From Patescibacteria group bacterium (GTDB lineage Bacteria > Patescibacteriota > Patescibacteriia > UBA9934 > GWF2-40-263), in the NCBI GenBank assembly GCA_041661745.1, contig JBAZTR010000001.1, positions 79,740 to 143,739 of the forward strand: a stretch of DNA of 64,000 nt, read 5' to 3'. Under the pieces are notes generated by a model. It saw only the letters and a list, made by a program, of their open reading frames with translations. It did not search any database and was not told the origin of the DNA. Each line of letters opens with the position of its first letter. The first letter of the stretch is position 1. A program made the position numbers and the translations under genes. Shown one piece after another: positions 19,101 through 29,107 of this stretch.

Positions 19101-19642
19101 TTACGCGAAACATTACAAAAAGATTGATTGTATGGGCTGTTATTGCGGTGTTTATTTTGATGATACCTCTGGTGATGTTGTTTACTGATGAAGTGAACTT
19201 AACCGAGGCTATTGCTTACGCCGTTATACTGTTGGCCGGTGGTGGTGCTTACGAACTGGTCATGGCTTTAAATAAGTTTAGTAAAGCGTATCGCGTTGCT
19301 TTTGGTATTGGGTTTGCGGGCTTGTTCCTTCTTGGTTGGGCCAACGGTGCTGTTGGCATTATTGGAAGCGAGGATAACCCGGCCAACCTAATGTATTGGG
19401 CGGTCTTTGCCGTTGGACTTATCGGCTCTTTTATTTCACGCCTCAAGCCGCGGGGAATGGCCCGTACTTTATTTGCGATGGCTTTCGTTCAGTTGTCGGT
19501 TCCGGTATTTGCACTCTTTGTCTGGCCGGCCCAGGCCGCTTGGGGCGAAGCAGGTGTTATTGGTGTCTTTATCATCAATCTAATTTTTTCCATGATTTTT
19601 GTCACATCAGCACTGCTGTTTCGCCGCACCACTATTCGCTAA
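19097..19642 (+). CDS. Hypothetical membrane protein
   Basis: Multiple TM segments; WANGAVGIIGSEDNPANLMY. Confidence 0.8.
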   Translation: MITRNITKRLIVWAVIAVFILMIPLVMLFTDEVNLTEAIAYAVILLAGGGAYELVMALNKFSKAYRVAFGIGFAGLFLLGWANGAVGIIGSEDNPANLMYWAVFAVGLIGSFISRLKPRGMARTLFAMAFVQLSVPVFALFVWPAQAAWGEAGVIGVFIINLIFSMIFVTSALLFRRTTIR

Positions 19643-19706
19643 AATTTTAAAAAAATATATAATTGGTGATAAAGAGACCAAATTAATACTATTTTTTCAA
19701 AACCAT

Positions 19707-20714
19707 ATGAGAGAACAACAATTCAGCCCTTCCGAACAAGCGAATAATATAGAAGGGCGAATCGAGAGTGCAACTGAAAAAAAAGAGCCGCGACGCGATT
19801 TTGAATCTCGTTTTAACGATCTCGCAAGAGAACGAAGTATTATTGAGCACGACAGCGAGATAACTTTTCAAGTGGCCCAAATGCAAATGGAAGGGTTGCA
19901 GACTTTAATAAATGAATACGGTAGTGATGCGGTTTTTGAAGCAATAAAAAAACAATTTAAATCTAAAACAGGTGATGATACTTTTTCTACTTTTGAGGTG
20001 GTTAAGGCGCTTGAGTCTAATCCTAAAAAGCGAGCGTCTTTGTTTGAAAAAATGAAGGCCGACGCTCAACAAGAAGGCGAAAAATTTGATAGGGCTGTTA
20101 ATCCAGATCTTACAGGCGAGGCCAGGTGGAATTCTACACCACGCCGGTATTTTGATTCGCACTGGGGTAGTGGTCAAAATTTTGTTCGCGGAGTTGTGTC
20201 CGGAGTCGAAGCAATGCAAGCGCTTGATAGTTTTTTTGGCCGAATCGCGCCCGAGCGATATTACAGAATTTTAAGCAGCCGCGTGTCTGAATTTGCGACA
20301 TATGTTTCTCAATTCGAAGAGGAAGAACAAAAATTAAAAGGCCAGCTGGCCGAAGCGGGGAATGATATTTTTCGTCTTGTTGAAGATAGAGATGAAACCA
20401 GAAAAGAACGAAGAGAACAATTGCTCGATCGAGCTGATGAACTAAGTGAAGAATTAACGAACGAGATCGAGAGAATTACCAACGAAGTAAAGGCCAAGCT
20501 TGAAGAATGGCGGGCTAAGGCTGTCGGCGATTTAAGCAGAGTTGGAAGTTTAGAAACTGCGAGTGATGAAATGAAAACTGCTTTACAAAAAGCCTTGGGA
20601 GAAGTGGAAGCTGAAATTGCGAGTCGTGTAAAAAAAACAGAACAGGAAATTATCGAGCAAACCGCGGCTTTACGAAAAGTTATGAGGGGATTGGAGGAAC
20701 TTTACCGTTCTTAA
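19707..20714 (+). CDS. Coiled-coil hypothetical protein (start reassigned to 19707)
   Basis: Glu/Lys/Arg heptads; N-terminus shared with the NUDIX gene. Confidence 0.8.
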   Translation: MREQQFSPSEQANNIEGRIESATEKKEPRRDFESRFNDLARERSIIEHDSEITFQVAQMQMEGLQTLINEYGSDAVFEAIKKQFKSKTGDDTFSTFEVVKALESNPKKRASLFEKMKADAQQEGEKFDRAVNPDLTGEARWNSTPRRYFDSHWGSGQNFVRGVVSGVEAMQALDSFFGRIAPERYYRILSSRVSEFATYVSQFEEEEQKLKGQLAEAGNDIFRLVEDRDETRKERREQLLDRADELSEELTNEIERITNEVKAKLEEWRAKAVGDLSRVGSLETASDEMKTALQKALGEVEAEIASRVKKTEQEIIEQTAALRKVMRGLEELYRS

Positions 20715-20828
20715 TCAAAAAATTACTGGTGGTTGGACTATTTTTGTCGGAATTGGTATACTGATGACATACAGTTGTTTTTCCGCACCTTTTTAAATGT
20801 CGGTGACCAATGAACAAATAATTTTTAC

Positions 20829-21161
20829 ATGTTTTTACGTCTTGCCACATTTTTTTTGACTTTGACCTTTTTGGTCGCGGCGGCCAGCCCGACCGTGGTT
20901 TTGGCACAAACAAAAGTTAGTCACGGTTGTCATAAAGAACCGGTCGAAATGCCGGTCGCTTGTGCCGTTCATTGTCTTGATAATGCCATTAATGAAGACG
21001 AAGTCGTGTTTGATTTAACCTCAGGCTTTGAATTTATTGCCCCGGTCATTGTTAAAGAAATTACGGAACTGCAATTTTTTTCTGTTCTACCACCAACTTT
21101 TGAAGAAGCTGAAGTTTTCCGAGATCCTCGAGTTATCTTGTCCATCATTAAACGCGAGTAG
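20829..21161 (+). CDS. Small exported His/Cys protein heading the copper cluster
   Basis: Signal peptide, HGCH, CAVHC. Confidence 0.6.
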   Translation: MFLRLATFFLTLTFLVAAASPTVVLAQTKVSHGCHKEPVEMPVACAVHCLDNAINEDEVVFDLTSGFEFIAPVIVKEITELQFFSVLPPTFEEAEVFRDPRVILSIIKRE

Positions 21162-21206
21162 AAAACACAAGAATTTTATAATTCTTAATTCTTGTGTTTT
21201 TTAGTT

Positions 21207-22835
21207 ATGAATAAAATTACAATTCCCATTCGCGGCATGCATTGCGCTTCATGCGAACTACTTGTAGAAGAACAATTAAAAAAAATTCCCAATATTTCCG
21301 CGGTTCGAGTTAATCAAAAAAAAGCCAAGGCCGAAATTGCTTATGACGGAGAACTGCCCGATCAGGCTGTTTTAGCCCGAGCGGTTCAAAAGGCTGGTTA
21401 TGAGATTGGCGAAAAACAAAAAGCCCCGTGGCTTTCAAAAGACTGGATTGATTATAGAGATTTAATACTAGCCGGAGTGATCCTTTTGATTCTTTACTTA
21501 GTTACTAGGTGGTTTAACCTTTTTGGTTTAACCGTTGATGTCCCCAGTTCTGGTGTGGCTGTAGCTCTTTTAGTCGGGTTGGTGGCCGGTATCTCCACTT
21601 GTATGGCTTTAGTTGGTGGTTTGGTTTTAGGTCTTTCGGCCCGACATGCCGAACAACACCCCGAGGCCACAGCCGCGCAAAAATTTCGTCCTCATCTTTA
21701 CTTTAACCTTGGTCGAATTTTCGGTTTTGCTGTTTTGGGTGGGCTAATTGGCCTCATTGGCCAAGCCTTTAAACCATCAGCTGATATTCTTGGGTTTCTA
21801 ACCGTGATTATTGGCGGGGTGATGATTTTTTTTGGTTTGAAGCTGATAGAAATTTTTCCGGCTCTGAAGGATAAAAATATTACCCTGCCGCCCGGAATCG
21901 CGCGATTGTTTGGTCTACACAAAGAGGTAAAGGAATACAGTCACCGCGGAGCTGTGGTTATTGGAGCGTTGTCGTTCTTTTTACCGTGTGGTTTTACCCA
22001 AGCTATGCAATTGTACGCAGTTTCGACCGGAAGTTTTTGGCAAGGAATGGCTATTATGGGACTGTTTGCTTTGGGAACAGCCCCCGGGCTCTTGAGTATC
22101 GGCGGTTTATCATCGGTTTTTAAGGGTCGACCCGCACGGATATTTTTCATGACAGCCGGTTTGTCGGTAATTCTTTTGGGTTGGTTTAATATTGCCAACG
22201 GCTCCAGATTAATCAGTGGCATGACCGCTGGGGTTACCTCCGCCGCTGTCGATCAAACGCAAACCGCGCAAGAAGTGCGGATGACCCAAGGGACTCGCGG
22301 TTATTCCCCCAATACTTTTACAGTGGAGGTCGGCCGACCGGTGAAATGGATTATTAATTCCACCTCGACTTTTAGTTGTGCTTCCTCGATCGTTATGCCG
22401 AAATACGACATCAGCCAATCGCTTCACGCCGGAGAAAACATAATAACCTTTATACCAACGGAAACCGGGGAGGTTCCTTTTTCTTGTTCTATGGGCATGT
22501 ATCGCGGAAAATTTATTGTTGTTAATAATAAAGAATCAAATGCCACTGATGCGAGTGTTGAACAAGTAATCAGCGCTGTCTATACTTATGATCAAGACAT
22601 TGTGCCCAATATTTTTACGGTTAAAAAAGATCAACCGGTAAAATTTACAATCGAAGTAAAAGAAGATGGCTATGGTTGCATGAGTACGATCATGGTGCCG
22701 GAGCTTTATAATACGCCGGTGGCGCTTAGAGCCGGAGAAAATATTGTCATGACCTTTATTCCGCACCAAATCGGAGATTATCCGATTACTTGCGCTATGG
22801 GGGCGGTTCGCGGTTTAATTAAGGTAATTGACTAA
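21207..22835 (+). CDS. HMA + DsbD_2/TauE-like membrane domain + 2 cupredoxin domains
   Basis: GMHCASC, STCMALVGG, FFLPCGFTQ, FSCSMGM, ITCAMG. Confidence 0.9.
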   Translation: MNKITIPIRGMHCASCELLVEEQLKKIPNISAVRVNQKKAKAEIAYDGELPDQAVLARAVQKAGYEIGEKQKAPWLSKDWIDYRDLILAGVILLILYLVTRWFNLFGLTVDVPSSGVAVALLVGLVAGISTCMALVGGLVLGLSARHAEQHPEATAAQKFRPHLYFNLGRIFGFAVLGGLIGLIGQAFKPSADILGFLTVIIGGVMIFFGLKLIEIFPALKDKNITLPPGIARLFGLHKEVKEYSHRGAVVIGALSFFLPCGFTQAMQLYAVSTGSFWQGMAIMGLFALGTAPGLLSIGGLSSVFKGRPARIFFMTAGLSVILLGWFNIANGSRLISGMTAGVTSAAVDQTQTAQEVRMTQGTRGYSPNTFTVEVGRPVKWIINSTSTFSCASSIVMPKYDISQSLHAGENIITFIPTETGEVPFSCSMGMYRGKFIVVNNKESNATDASVEQVISAVYTYDQDIVPNIFTVKKDQPVKFTIEVKEDGYGCMSTIMVPELYNTPVALRAGENIVMTFIPHQIGDYPITCAMGAVRGLIKVID

Positions 22836-22838
22836 TAT

Positions 22839-24950
22839 ATGAAAAAAATATCTTTTCCTATTCAGGGTATGCACTGTGCTTCGTGCGCTGTTCGTCTTGA
22901 GGGAGCGTTTAAAGGAACGCCGGGCGTAACCGAAGCCGCGGTCAATTTTGCTTTAAATCAAGCTAGCGTGATTTTTGACGAACAAAAGATTGACGAGCAT
23001 CGTATTCATAAAGTTGTTGAAGACGAGGGCTACAAAGTACCGAGCATGAAGCATAACGATCATAATTACAATGACCACGACCACATGAATCATGGTGACG
23101 ATTCGGGAATAGGGCGATTAATGATTATCTCTTTAATTTTAAGTGTCCCTACTTTTGTTTTAGCCATGATTGGTTTTGGTCAATGGTTTCAAGCCGTTTT
23201 AGCTACAGCGGTAGTTTTATGGCCGGGGTTTGTCTTTCACAAGTCGGCTTTTGCCTCGCTTAAGCGTTTACGAGCCGATATGGATACTTTGATTTCGTTG
23301 GGGACCTTGGTTACGATAATTTTTAGCTGGTGGCAAATTTTTTCCGGTGGCGATCAGTATTTCGAAACAGCCGCCGTTATTACCTCGTTTATCTTGTTAG
23401 GTCGTTTTTTGGAAGCGAAGAGTAAGGGGCAGGCCAGCCAAGCTATTCGTCGTCTTTTGGAAATCGGGGTCAAACAAGCACATCGGCTTGTCGGAGAAAC
23501 AATTGAAGAAGTTGCGGTGGCTGATTTGAAAGTTAGTGATTTGGTTTTAGTAAAACCCGGCGAAAAAATTCCTCTTGATGGAAAAATTATCGAGGGCGAG
23601 TCATCAATTGACGAATCAATGTTAACCGGCGAATCAATGCCGGTCGAAAAAAAGATTGGTGAAACAGTTTTTGGTGCCACGATTAACCAGCAAGGTGCTT
23701 TAACGGTTGAAATAACAAAGACGGTTGGCAATACTATTCTTGATCAAATGGCCAAGCTGATGGAAGAGGCACAGATGAAAAAAGCGCCGGTGCAGAAATT
23801 GGTTGATAGAATTTCTGCGGTTTTTGTTCCAGTGGTTATTGTTGTTTCCGCGCTCACTTTTTTGGGTTGGTTTATAGCGACTGGAAGTTTCGCGGTTTCG
23901 TTGATTCCGGCCGTGGCCGTGTTAGTTATTGCTTGTCCTTGTGCTCTTGGTTTGGCTACGCCGACGGCGATTTTAGTCGGCACTGGCCGAGGCGCGCGCG
24001 AGGGTATCCTTATTAAAAGCGGTGAAGCTTTGGAACGCGGGCGAAATCTTGATTTGGTTTTATTTGATAAAACCGGAACCCTGACACAGGGTAAACCGGC
24101 CGTGTGCGAAATCGTTGGTAATAAGAGTATTCTACCACTGGTCGCCGCGGTTGAGGCCGCCTCTGAGCATCCATTGGCGCGAGCCATTGTCTCTTTTGTT
24201 GGAAAGGTCGACCAACGAGTCAGTCATGTTTCGGCTTTTTCCGGCCGTGGGGTTCAAGGCGAGGTCGACGGAAAAAATATTTCACTTGGCAACCCGTTGT
24301 TTATGGCCGAGAAAAATATTTCACTTGATAACTTTTCACAAGATCTTTCGAGGCTGCAAAACGAAGGGAAAACAGTGGTGATCGCGGCCGTTGACGGCCA
24401 CGCCGAACTCCTTCTAGCTATCGCCGACACGCCAAAGGAAACGGCCGCCGCTGCGGTAAAAAAATTGTTGGTGATTGGTTTACCAACCCTCATGATCACC
24501 GGTGATAATCGTAAAACCGCCGAAGTTATGGCCCGCGATTTAGGTATTACAAGATTTGAGGCAGAAGTTTTACCCAATCAAAAACTTGAGATTGTCCGGA
24601 GACTTCAAGCGGAAGGCAAAAAAGTGGCTTTTGTCGGCGATGGTATCAACGACGCTCCGGCTTTAGTTCAGGCTGATTTAGGCATTGCCGTTGGTTCGGG
24701 TACAGATATTGCCATTGAGGCTGGACAAATCGTTTTGGTCGGCGGTGGACCGGAAAAAGTTTCGGCGGCCATTATTTTAGCGCGGCGTACCTACCGTATC
24801 ATTAAACAAAATTTATTTTGGGCGTTTGGCTATAACATTATTGCTATTCCACTGGCCATTTTTGGTTTGCTTAATCCAATGATCGCTTCGGCGGCCATGG
24901 CTTTGTCCTCGGTTTCCGTGGTTATAAATTCACTACGGCTTAGAAAGTAA
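22839..24950 (+). CDS. copA: Cu-translocating P1B ATPase
   Basis: [42 protein letters not shown] and MALSS. Confidence 0.95.
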   Translation: MKKISFPIQGMHCASCAVRLEGAFKGTPGVTEAAVNFALNQASVIFDEQKIDEHRIHKVVEDEGYKVPSMKHNDHNYNDHDHMNHGDDSGIGRLMIISLILSVPTFVLAMIGFGQWFQAVLATAVVLWPGFVFHKSAFASLKRLRADMDTLISLGTLVTIIFSWWQIFSGGDQYFETAAVITSFILLGRFLEAKSKGQASQAIRRLLEIGVKQAHRLVGETIEEVAVADLKVSDLVLVKPGEKIPLDGKIIEGESSIDESMLTGESMPVEKKIGETVFGATINQQGALTVEITKTVGNTILDQMAKLMEEAQMKKAPVQKLVDRISAVFVPVVIVVSALTFLGWFIATGSFAVSLIPAVAVLVIACPCALGLATPTAILVGTGRGAREGILIKSGEALERGRNLDLVLFDKTGTLTQGKPAVCEIVGNKSILPLVAAVEAASEHPLARAIVSFVGKVDQRVSHVSAFSGRGVQGEVDGKNISLGNPLFMAEKNISLDNFSQDLSRLQNEGKTVVIAAVDGHAELLLAIADTPKETAAAAVKKLLVIGLPTLMITGDNRKTAEVMARDLGITRFEAEVLPNQKLEIVRRLQAEGKKVAFVGDGINDAPALVQADLGIAVGSGTDIAIEAGQIVLVGGGPEKVSAAIILARRTYRIIKQNLFWAFGYNIIAIPLAIFGLLNPMIASAAMALSSVSVVINSLRLRK

Positions 24951-24960
24951 TTTGTAAAAT

Positions 24961-24994
24961 AAAAAACCAAGGTGCTAAGCCTTGGTTTTATTTT
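24961..24994. terminator. Bidirectional terminator
   Basis: AAAACCAAGG TGCTAAG CCTTGGTTTT between convergent genes. Confidence 0.75.
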
Positions 24995-25798
24995 TTAGCG
25001 TCTTCTAAAAACCGCCGCCAAGCAGAACAAAACCGTCCCAGCCAACACAATCGAGGCGCCCGAAGGCAAATCAAATTGAAACGAAGCGAGCAAACCAGCG
25101 AGAATCGTTACCTCGGCAACAACAACCGACAAAATAAAATATTGACGAAAATTTTTGGCAATTAAACGACTGGTAGCTGGCGGAAGAATTAACAAAGCCG
25201 AAACCAGAACAATGCCAAGCATCTTCACTCCAAGAACAGTCGCGAGGGCCAGAGAAACATAAAGAACCAAAGTGTGAAGTTTTACTTTCACCCCGGCCAC
25301 GGCCGCACTCTCTTCGGTCAACGACATGAAAGTTAACCCGCGGAACGAAGTAAAGAGCCAAATTAAAATGGCCGCGGTAATGCCGGCAGTAATCCACAAA
25401 TCAGTGTTTTGAATGGAAAGAATGCTGCCGAACAAGTAGGAAACCAAATCAGGTTGATAGCCTGGGGTGAAACGCATGAGGACAACCCCAAGGGCCATGC
25501 TGGCCGTGAAAAGAATGCCAATAATCGAATCAGTGGGCAGTTTTACTTTTCGTTCGAGTAGAAAAATGATCACCGCCACTACAAGCGACCAAACTAAAGC
25601 AACGGGAAGCGGGGTTAAACCAGCAAGGAGAGCAATAGCAATTCCGGCCAGCGAAGCATGGGCAATACCATCACCAAAAAAAGCCATGCGCCGCAGAGTT
25701 ACATAAACTCCCAAGCACGCCAAAAGTAAACCAAGGATTAAGCCGGCGATTATGGCGCGTTGTAAAAAGGGATAATTTAGTAGTTCGAGGAGAGGCAT
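24995..25798 (-). CDS. znuB: Zn/Mn ABC permease
   Basis: RRMAFFGDGIAHASLAG, YLFGSIL. Confidence 0.9.
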   Translation of the reverse strand: MPLLELLNYPFLQRAIIAGLILGLLLACLGVYVTLRRMAFFGDGIAHASLAGIAIALLAGLTPLPVALVWSLVVAVIIFLLERKVKLPTDSIIGILFTASMALGVVLMRFTPGYQPDLVSYLFGSILSIQNTDLWITAGITAAILIWLFTSFRGLTFMSLTEESAAVAGVKVKLHTLVLYVSLALATVLGVKMLGIVLVSALLILPPATSRLIAKNFRQYFILSVVVAEVTILAGLLASFQFDLPSGASIVLAGTVLFCLAAVFRRR

Positions 25799-25804
25799 AG
25801 TTTT

Positions 25805-25893
25805 AGGTTGGAGTGTGTAGTATGTAGTATGTAGGCAAAAGTTTCAGATTAGATCTATTGCCTACCCACTACCTACTACATACTAATCACCTA
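25805..25893. repeat. Hairpin with 7-nt periodic arms
   Basis: TGTGTAG TATGTAG TATGTAGGCAA ... TTGCCTACCCA CTACCTA CTACATA. Confidence 0.8.
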
Positions 25894-26646
25894 CGCTTCG
25901 TGATGATGTTGGTGATGCTCATAAAGCGAATGATGCGGGCCAAAAAGTTCACCAAGTGATTTTTGGGTTAAGGCTTTTTTAGGCGGACCAGAACAAAGTA
26001 ATTTTTTGTTTAAACAAAGAACCTGATCAACCAAACAAGAAATCATAGCGATATCGTGCGACACCATAAGAATGGTAGTGTGGTGTTCTTTGTTTAAGTG
26101 TTCGATGACATCGTGAATGGCGGTTTCACCGGCTACATCAATACCGGTTGAGGGTTCATCAAGAAAAAGAATCGCCGGATCGTTCAAAATGGCTTGAGCG
26201 ATTAAAATGCGTTGTAATTGTCCGCCGGAAAGCGTGCCCAAACGTTTGTGCAGAACTAAAGGAGTTAAGCCAACCTCTTTAATAACAGTTAAAATTCGTG
26301 AGGGCAGACATTTGGTTCCAAGGGCCAGATGTAAAAATTCTTCCACGGTAATGGGGAAGTCGCGATCAAAAGTAAAACGCTGCGGCACGTAACCAACCCG
26401 GCCGCGAACTTCGTGGAAATGTTGGCCAAGCACTAAAGCTTCGCCGCGAAAAGGTGCTAAACCAAGGATAGCCTTCATTAAAGTAGTTTTACCTGAACCA
26501 TTAGGGCCAACAATGGCCGCGACCGTACCTTGTCCAACAGAAAAAGAAATATCGTCAACGACGACATTGTCACCGTATTTAACGTTGAGGTTTTCCACGA
26601 AAATGGCCGGAATCGGTTCATTGGTTTTTTTGGAGCGTGGAGACAT
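25891..26646 (-). CDS. znuC: Zn/Mn ABC ATPase with His-rich tail
   Basis: GPNGSGKTT, GYVPQ, LSGGQ, LDEP, HHQHHH. Confidence 0.92.
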   Translation of the reverse strand: MSPRSKKTNEPIPAIFVENLNVKYGDNVVVDDISFSVGQGTVAAIVGPNGSGKTTLMKAILGLAPFRGEALVLGQHFHEVRGRVGYVPQRFTFDRDFPITVEEFLHLALGTKCLPSRILTVIKEVGLTPLVLHKRLGTLSGGQLQRILIAQAILNDPAILFLDEPSTGIDVAGETAIHDVIEHLNKEHHTTILMVSHDIAMISCLVDQVLCLNKKLLCSGPPKKALTQKSLGELFGPHHSLYEHHQHHHEA

Positions 26647-27523
26647 TTGTTTTTATTAGATTTATGTAAGAGTCGTAAGGGGCAACACCACCGATGTCAT
26701 CAAGTACTTTTAATTCGATGTCATAATCGTTAGCAAAAGTTTCGTAACCGGAAATACTCATTTGCGGTTCGTAATAAATTGTTTTAACCCCGGCCTCGGA
26801 AATTTTATTTACCAATTCAGCTAAGTATTGCGGGGTCGGCTCACGACCGGCTGTTGGTTCAAAAGTTCCGGCCACGGTTAAACCATACTCATTAGTAAAA
26901 TAATACCACGCGTCGTGAAAAGTTACGATATTTTTATTTGGGATATCTTTTAACGCGGCGCGGGTTTCTGCGTCTAGAGTATCAAGTTCCAACAAATAGG
27001 TTTCAAGATTACTGGAAAAAGTTTGTGTCTGTTCTGGGAAACGCGCGATCAAGTCGTTGGCAATTGTTGTGGCAATAATTTTGGCATTGGGAACAGATAG
27101 CCAGTAGTGCGGATCGTATGGGCCTTCCTCCTCCTCCATTGAAGGACGAAGAGAAATATTTTTATCTACCAAGGTTGTTTCGGCACCAACACTGTCGGCC
27201 AAAACCGTTGACCACTCGTCTAGCTGATAGCCGATGGCGTAAACAGTCACCGCTCCATTTAATTCTTTAAGCAGGGAAGGCGAGGGTTCAAAAGAATGGG
27301 CATCAGACCCAGGTGGTAGAATAAGCGTGACTTTTACCGCTTCGCCAGCCACGTTTTTAGCAATGTCGTAAATGGGGAAAATAGTCGCCGCGACACTTGA
27401 CTCCTCCTCTTTTTCTAATTGTGGCATGAGGGCAAAAAGAACCACAATTCCTCCTGTGATTATAACGGCGGCCAGGAGAAAAATTAAAGTTTTAAAATGA
27501 TTTACTTGGTGCATACTTTGCAA
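26618..27523 (-). CDS. znuA: Zn/Mn ABC substrate-binding protein
   Basis: DAHSFEP, DPHYWLS, FHDAWYYF. Confidence 0.9.
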   Translation of the reverse strand: MQSMHQVNHFKTLIFLLAAVIITGGIVVLFALMPQLEKEEESSVAATIFPIYDIAKNVAGEAVKVTLILPPGSDAHSFEPSPSLLKELNGAVTVYAIGYQLDEWSTVLADSVGAETTLVDKNISLRPSMEEEEGPYDPHYWLSVPNAKIIATTIANDLIARFPEQTQTFSSNLETYLLELDTLDAETRAALKDIPNKNIVTFHDAWYYFTNEYGLTVAGTFEPTAGREPTPQYLAELVNKISEAGVKTIYYEPQMSISGYETFANDYDIELKVLDDIGGVAPYDSYINLIKTNVSTLQKNQ

Positions 27524-27855
27524 AGATTAAAAAATTCTAGATTATGATTTTTTTGAGTTTTAATAGGGCAGGGAACGCATTCTACTTTTCCACAGTTTGA
27601 ACAAAACTGATGAGCATGATGTGAGCGACCGGATAATTCAAAAAGTCCTTCGCCGTGATGCGAGTGAAGTGAGGTGATTACGCCTTTTTTCTGTAAAGCG
27701 TTGAGGTTACGGAAAACCGTAGCTCGATCAACACCGCGTATTTCCTTAACTAATTGTCCGGCTGTCCACGCTCGGTCTTCTGAGAATAGGTGAAGTAGCT
27801 TTTCGCGTGCCGAAGTCTGGCGCAAGCCTTTTTTTGATAAATCTTCAAGAGTCAT
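27502..27855 (-). CDS. zur: Fur-family regulator, probably Zur
   Basis: RQTSAR, ATVFRNL, HHAHQFCSNCG; heads znuACB. Confidence 0.85.
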   Translation of the reverse strand: MTLEDLSKKGLRQTSAREKLLHLFSEDRAWTAGQLVKEIRGVDRATVFRNLNALQKKGVITSLHSHHGEGLFELSGRSHHAHQFCSNCGKVECVPCPIKTQKNHNLEFFNLCKVCTK

Positions 27856-27868
27856 AAGGGTTATTTAC

Positions 27869-27898
27869 ATTATGCGACCATAGTCGCATTTAAGTCAA
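27869..27898 (-). promoter_or_regulatory. zur-znu promoter with a palindromic operator between -35 and -10
   Basis: TTGACT-N18-CATAAT; ATGCGAC-CATA-GTCGCAT at 27872-27889. Confidence 0.65.
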
Positions 27899-27915
27899 AT
27901 ATTTTATCCCCAGCA

Positions 27916-27944
27916 TTGACAATTGGCTTTGTTACTGATAAATT
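27916..27944 (+). promoter_or_regulatory. Sigma70 promoter
   Basis: TTGACA-N17-TAAATT. Confidence 0.6.
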
Positions 27945-28011
27945 GTTCTTATTCAAAAAGACACGACAATTGAAGATTATTGTCAGTCGTCATAAATTGT
28001 GACTTAAAAAT

Positions 28012-28134
28012 ATGGGAATGAGAAAAAAAGGCCGCAATATGTGGAAGGCTCAGCGTAAGGTTGACGCGGCCAAAATCCGCAAAGCTAAAGCGATTAGATT
28101 CGTTAAAGCTGCTGCCAAAGCGAAGAAAAAATAA
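28012..28134 (+). CDS. Small very basic 40-aa protein, absent from the ORF track
   Basis: MGMRKKGRNMWKAQRKVDAAKIRKAKAIRFVKAAAKAKKK; own promoter upstream. Confidence 0.65.
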   Translation: MGMRKKGRNMWKAQRKVDAAKIRKAKAIRFVKAAAKAKKK

Positions 28135-28137
28135 ATC

Positions 28138-28230
28138 GAGGGGACAGGGGTTAGGGGACAGTGTTGGAAGTTCGATTATTTTAAAAAAAATAGTCACAAT
28201 CCATCCCTTTCCCCTGTACCCTATCCCCTC
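28138..28230. repeat. Hairpin with 7-nt periodic arms
   Basis: AGGGGAC AGGGGTT AGGGGAC ... TCCCCTG TACCCTA TCCCCTC. Confidence 0.75.
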
Positions 28231-28279
28231 AACCAAAACAAAAATACCTTCGAAACCGAAGGTATTTTTGTTTGCTCGC

Positions 28280-28462
28280 TTAGAAGCGAGGCTTGCGCTT
28301 GCGGTTGCATTCGCGGCAATAAATTTTGCCGTAAGTGCCATCTTCCTTGATGGAAGGTTGAAATGGCAACTCGGTGATAGCAACACCGCAGTCAGCGCAG
28401 GTCAGGTTCAACGCCGAGACATCATTCATCTGGCGAGGACCCCGATTCTGGAAGTCGTTCAT
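28280..28462 (-). CDS. Small zinc-ribbon protein (CxxC-x17-CxxC-like)
   Basis: TCADCG...LPFQP...IYCRECN; promoter TTGACA-N17-TAATAT at 28560-28588. Confidence 0.85.
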   Translation of the reverse strand: MNDFQNRGPRQMNDVSALNLTCADCGVAITELPFQPSIKEDGTYGKIYCRECNRKRKPRF

Positions 28463-28610
28463 ATTTTGGGTAAGACCTCATTGAATTAGAGGTTATCGTG
28501 TGGTTGAAGCGAACGACCCCTCGACTTTGGGATCCGCCTAACTTTGGATAACTGTCGATATATTACCATAAACTGCCTTTTTTGTCAACTGTTTGCTATA
28601 ATACAGCCAT

Positions 28611-29036
28611 ATGTTTCAAAGCGACCTTCTTTTTCTGGTCAAATTGATTGATCCCGATATGCTTCTGTTCTTTGTTTTTGGTCTGGCTGTGGTTTTGGTT
28701 CTTTTGTTGCGAAAAGTTCCGCTTGTTAAACCGCTTATTATTGTGACCGCTTTGCTTGAGGCTTTTTTTGTTTGGAAAGTCGCTTTTGCCTTAGCTGTGC
28801 CTTCAATTAGCGTTGTTCCGGAAAGTTTTGCATCACTGGCGTTTTTGTTTGTTTGGCATCATTGGATTATCTTGGCCCCGGTGCCGATTTTTCTTGCTTT
28901 GGCCATTATAATTTTGGCTGTTTATCGTGAACGAATTACCGAAGATCACGCCACGGTTTATCGCCACCTGACCATTTTTTCCATTCTGGTTTCTTTCGCC
29001 TTGTTTTCACTTTCAGTTGTGGAAAGTATTTTTTAA
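28611..29036 (+). CDS. Hypothetical membrane protein
   Basis: About 4 TM segments. Confidence 0.75.
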   Translation: MFQSDLLFLVKLIDPDMLLFFVFGLAVVLVLLLRKVPLVKPLIIVTALLEAFFVWKVAFALAVPSISVVPESFASLAFLFVWHHWIILAPVPIFLALAIIILAVYRERITEDHATVYRHLTIFSILVSFALFSLSVVESIF

Positions 29037-29107
29037 CCAAGCCCTGATGCGTCCCCTTAAGGCCTTAACGCCCAAAAAATAATCCCCACAGTCCAACCAA
29101 ACAAAAT

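Noticed and set aside
27949-28489. ORFs 27949..28386 and 28061..28489
   Set aside because: Shadows of the 40-aa basic ORF, the repeat hairpin and the zinc-ribbon gene
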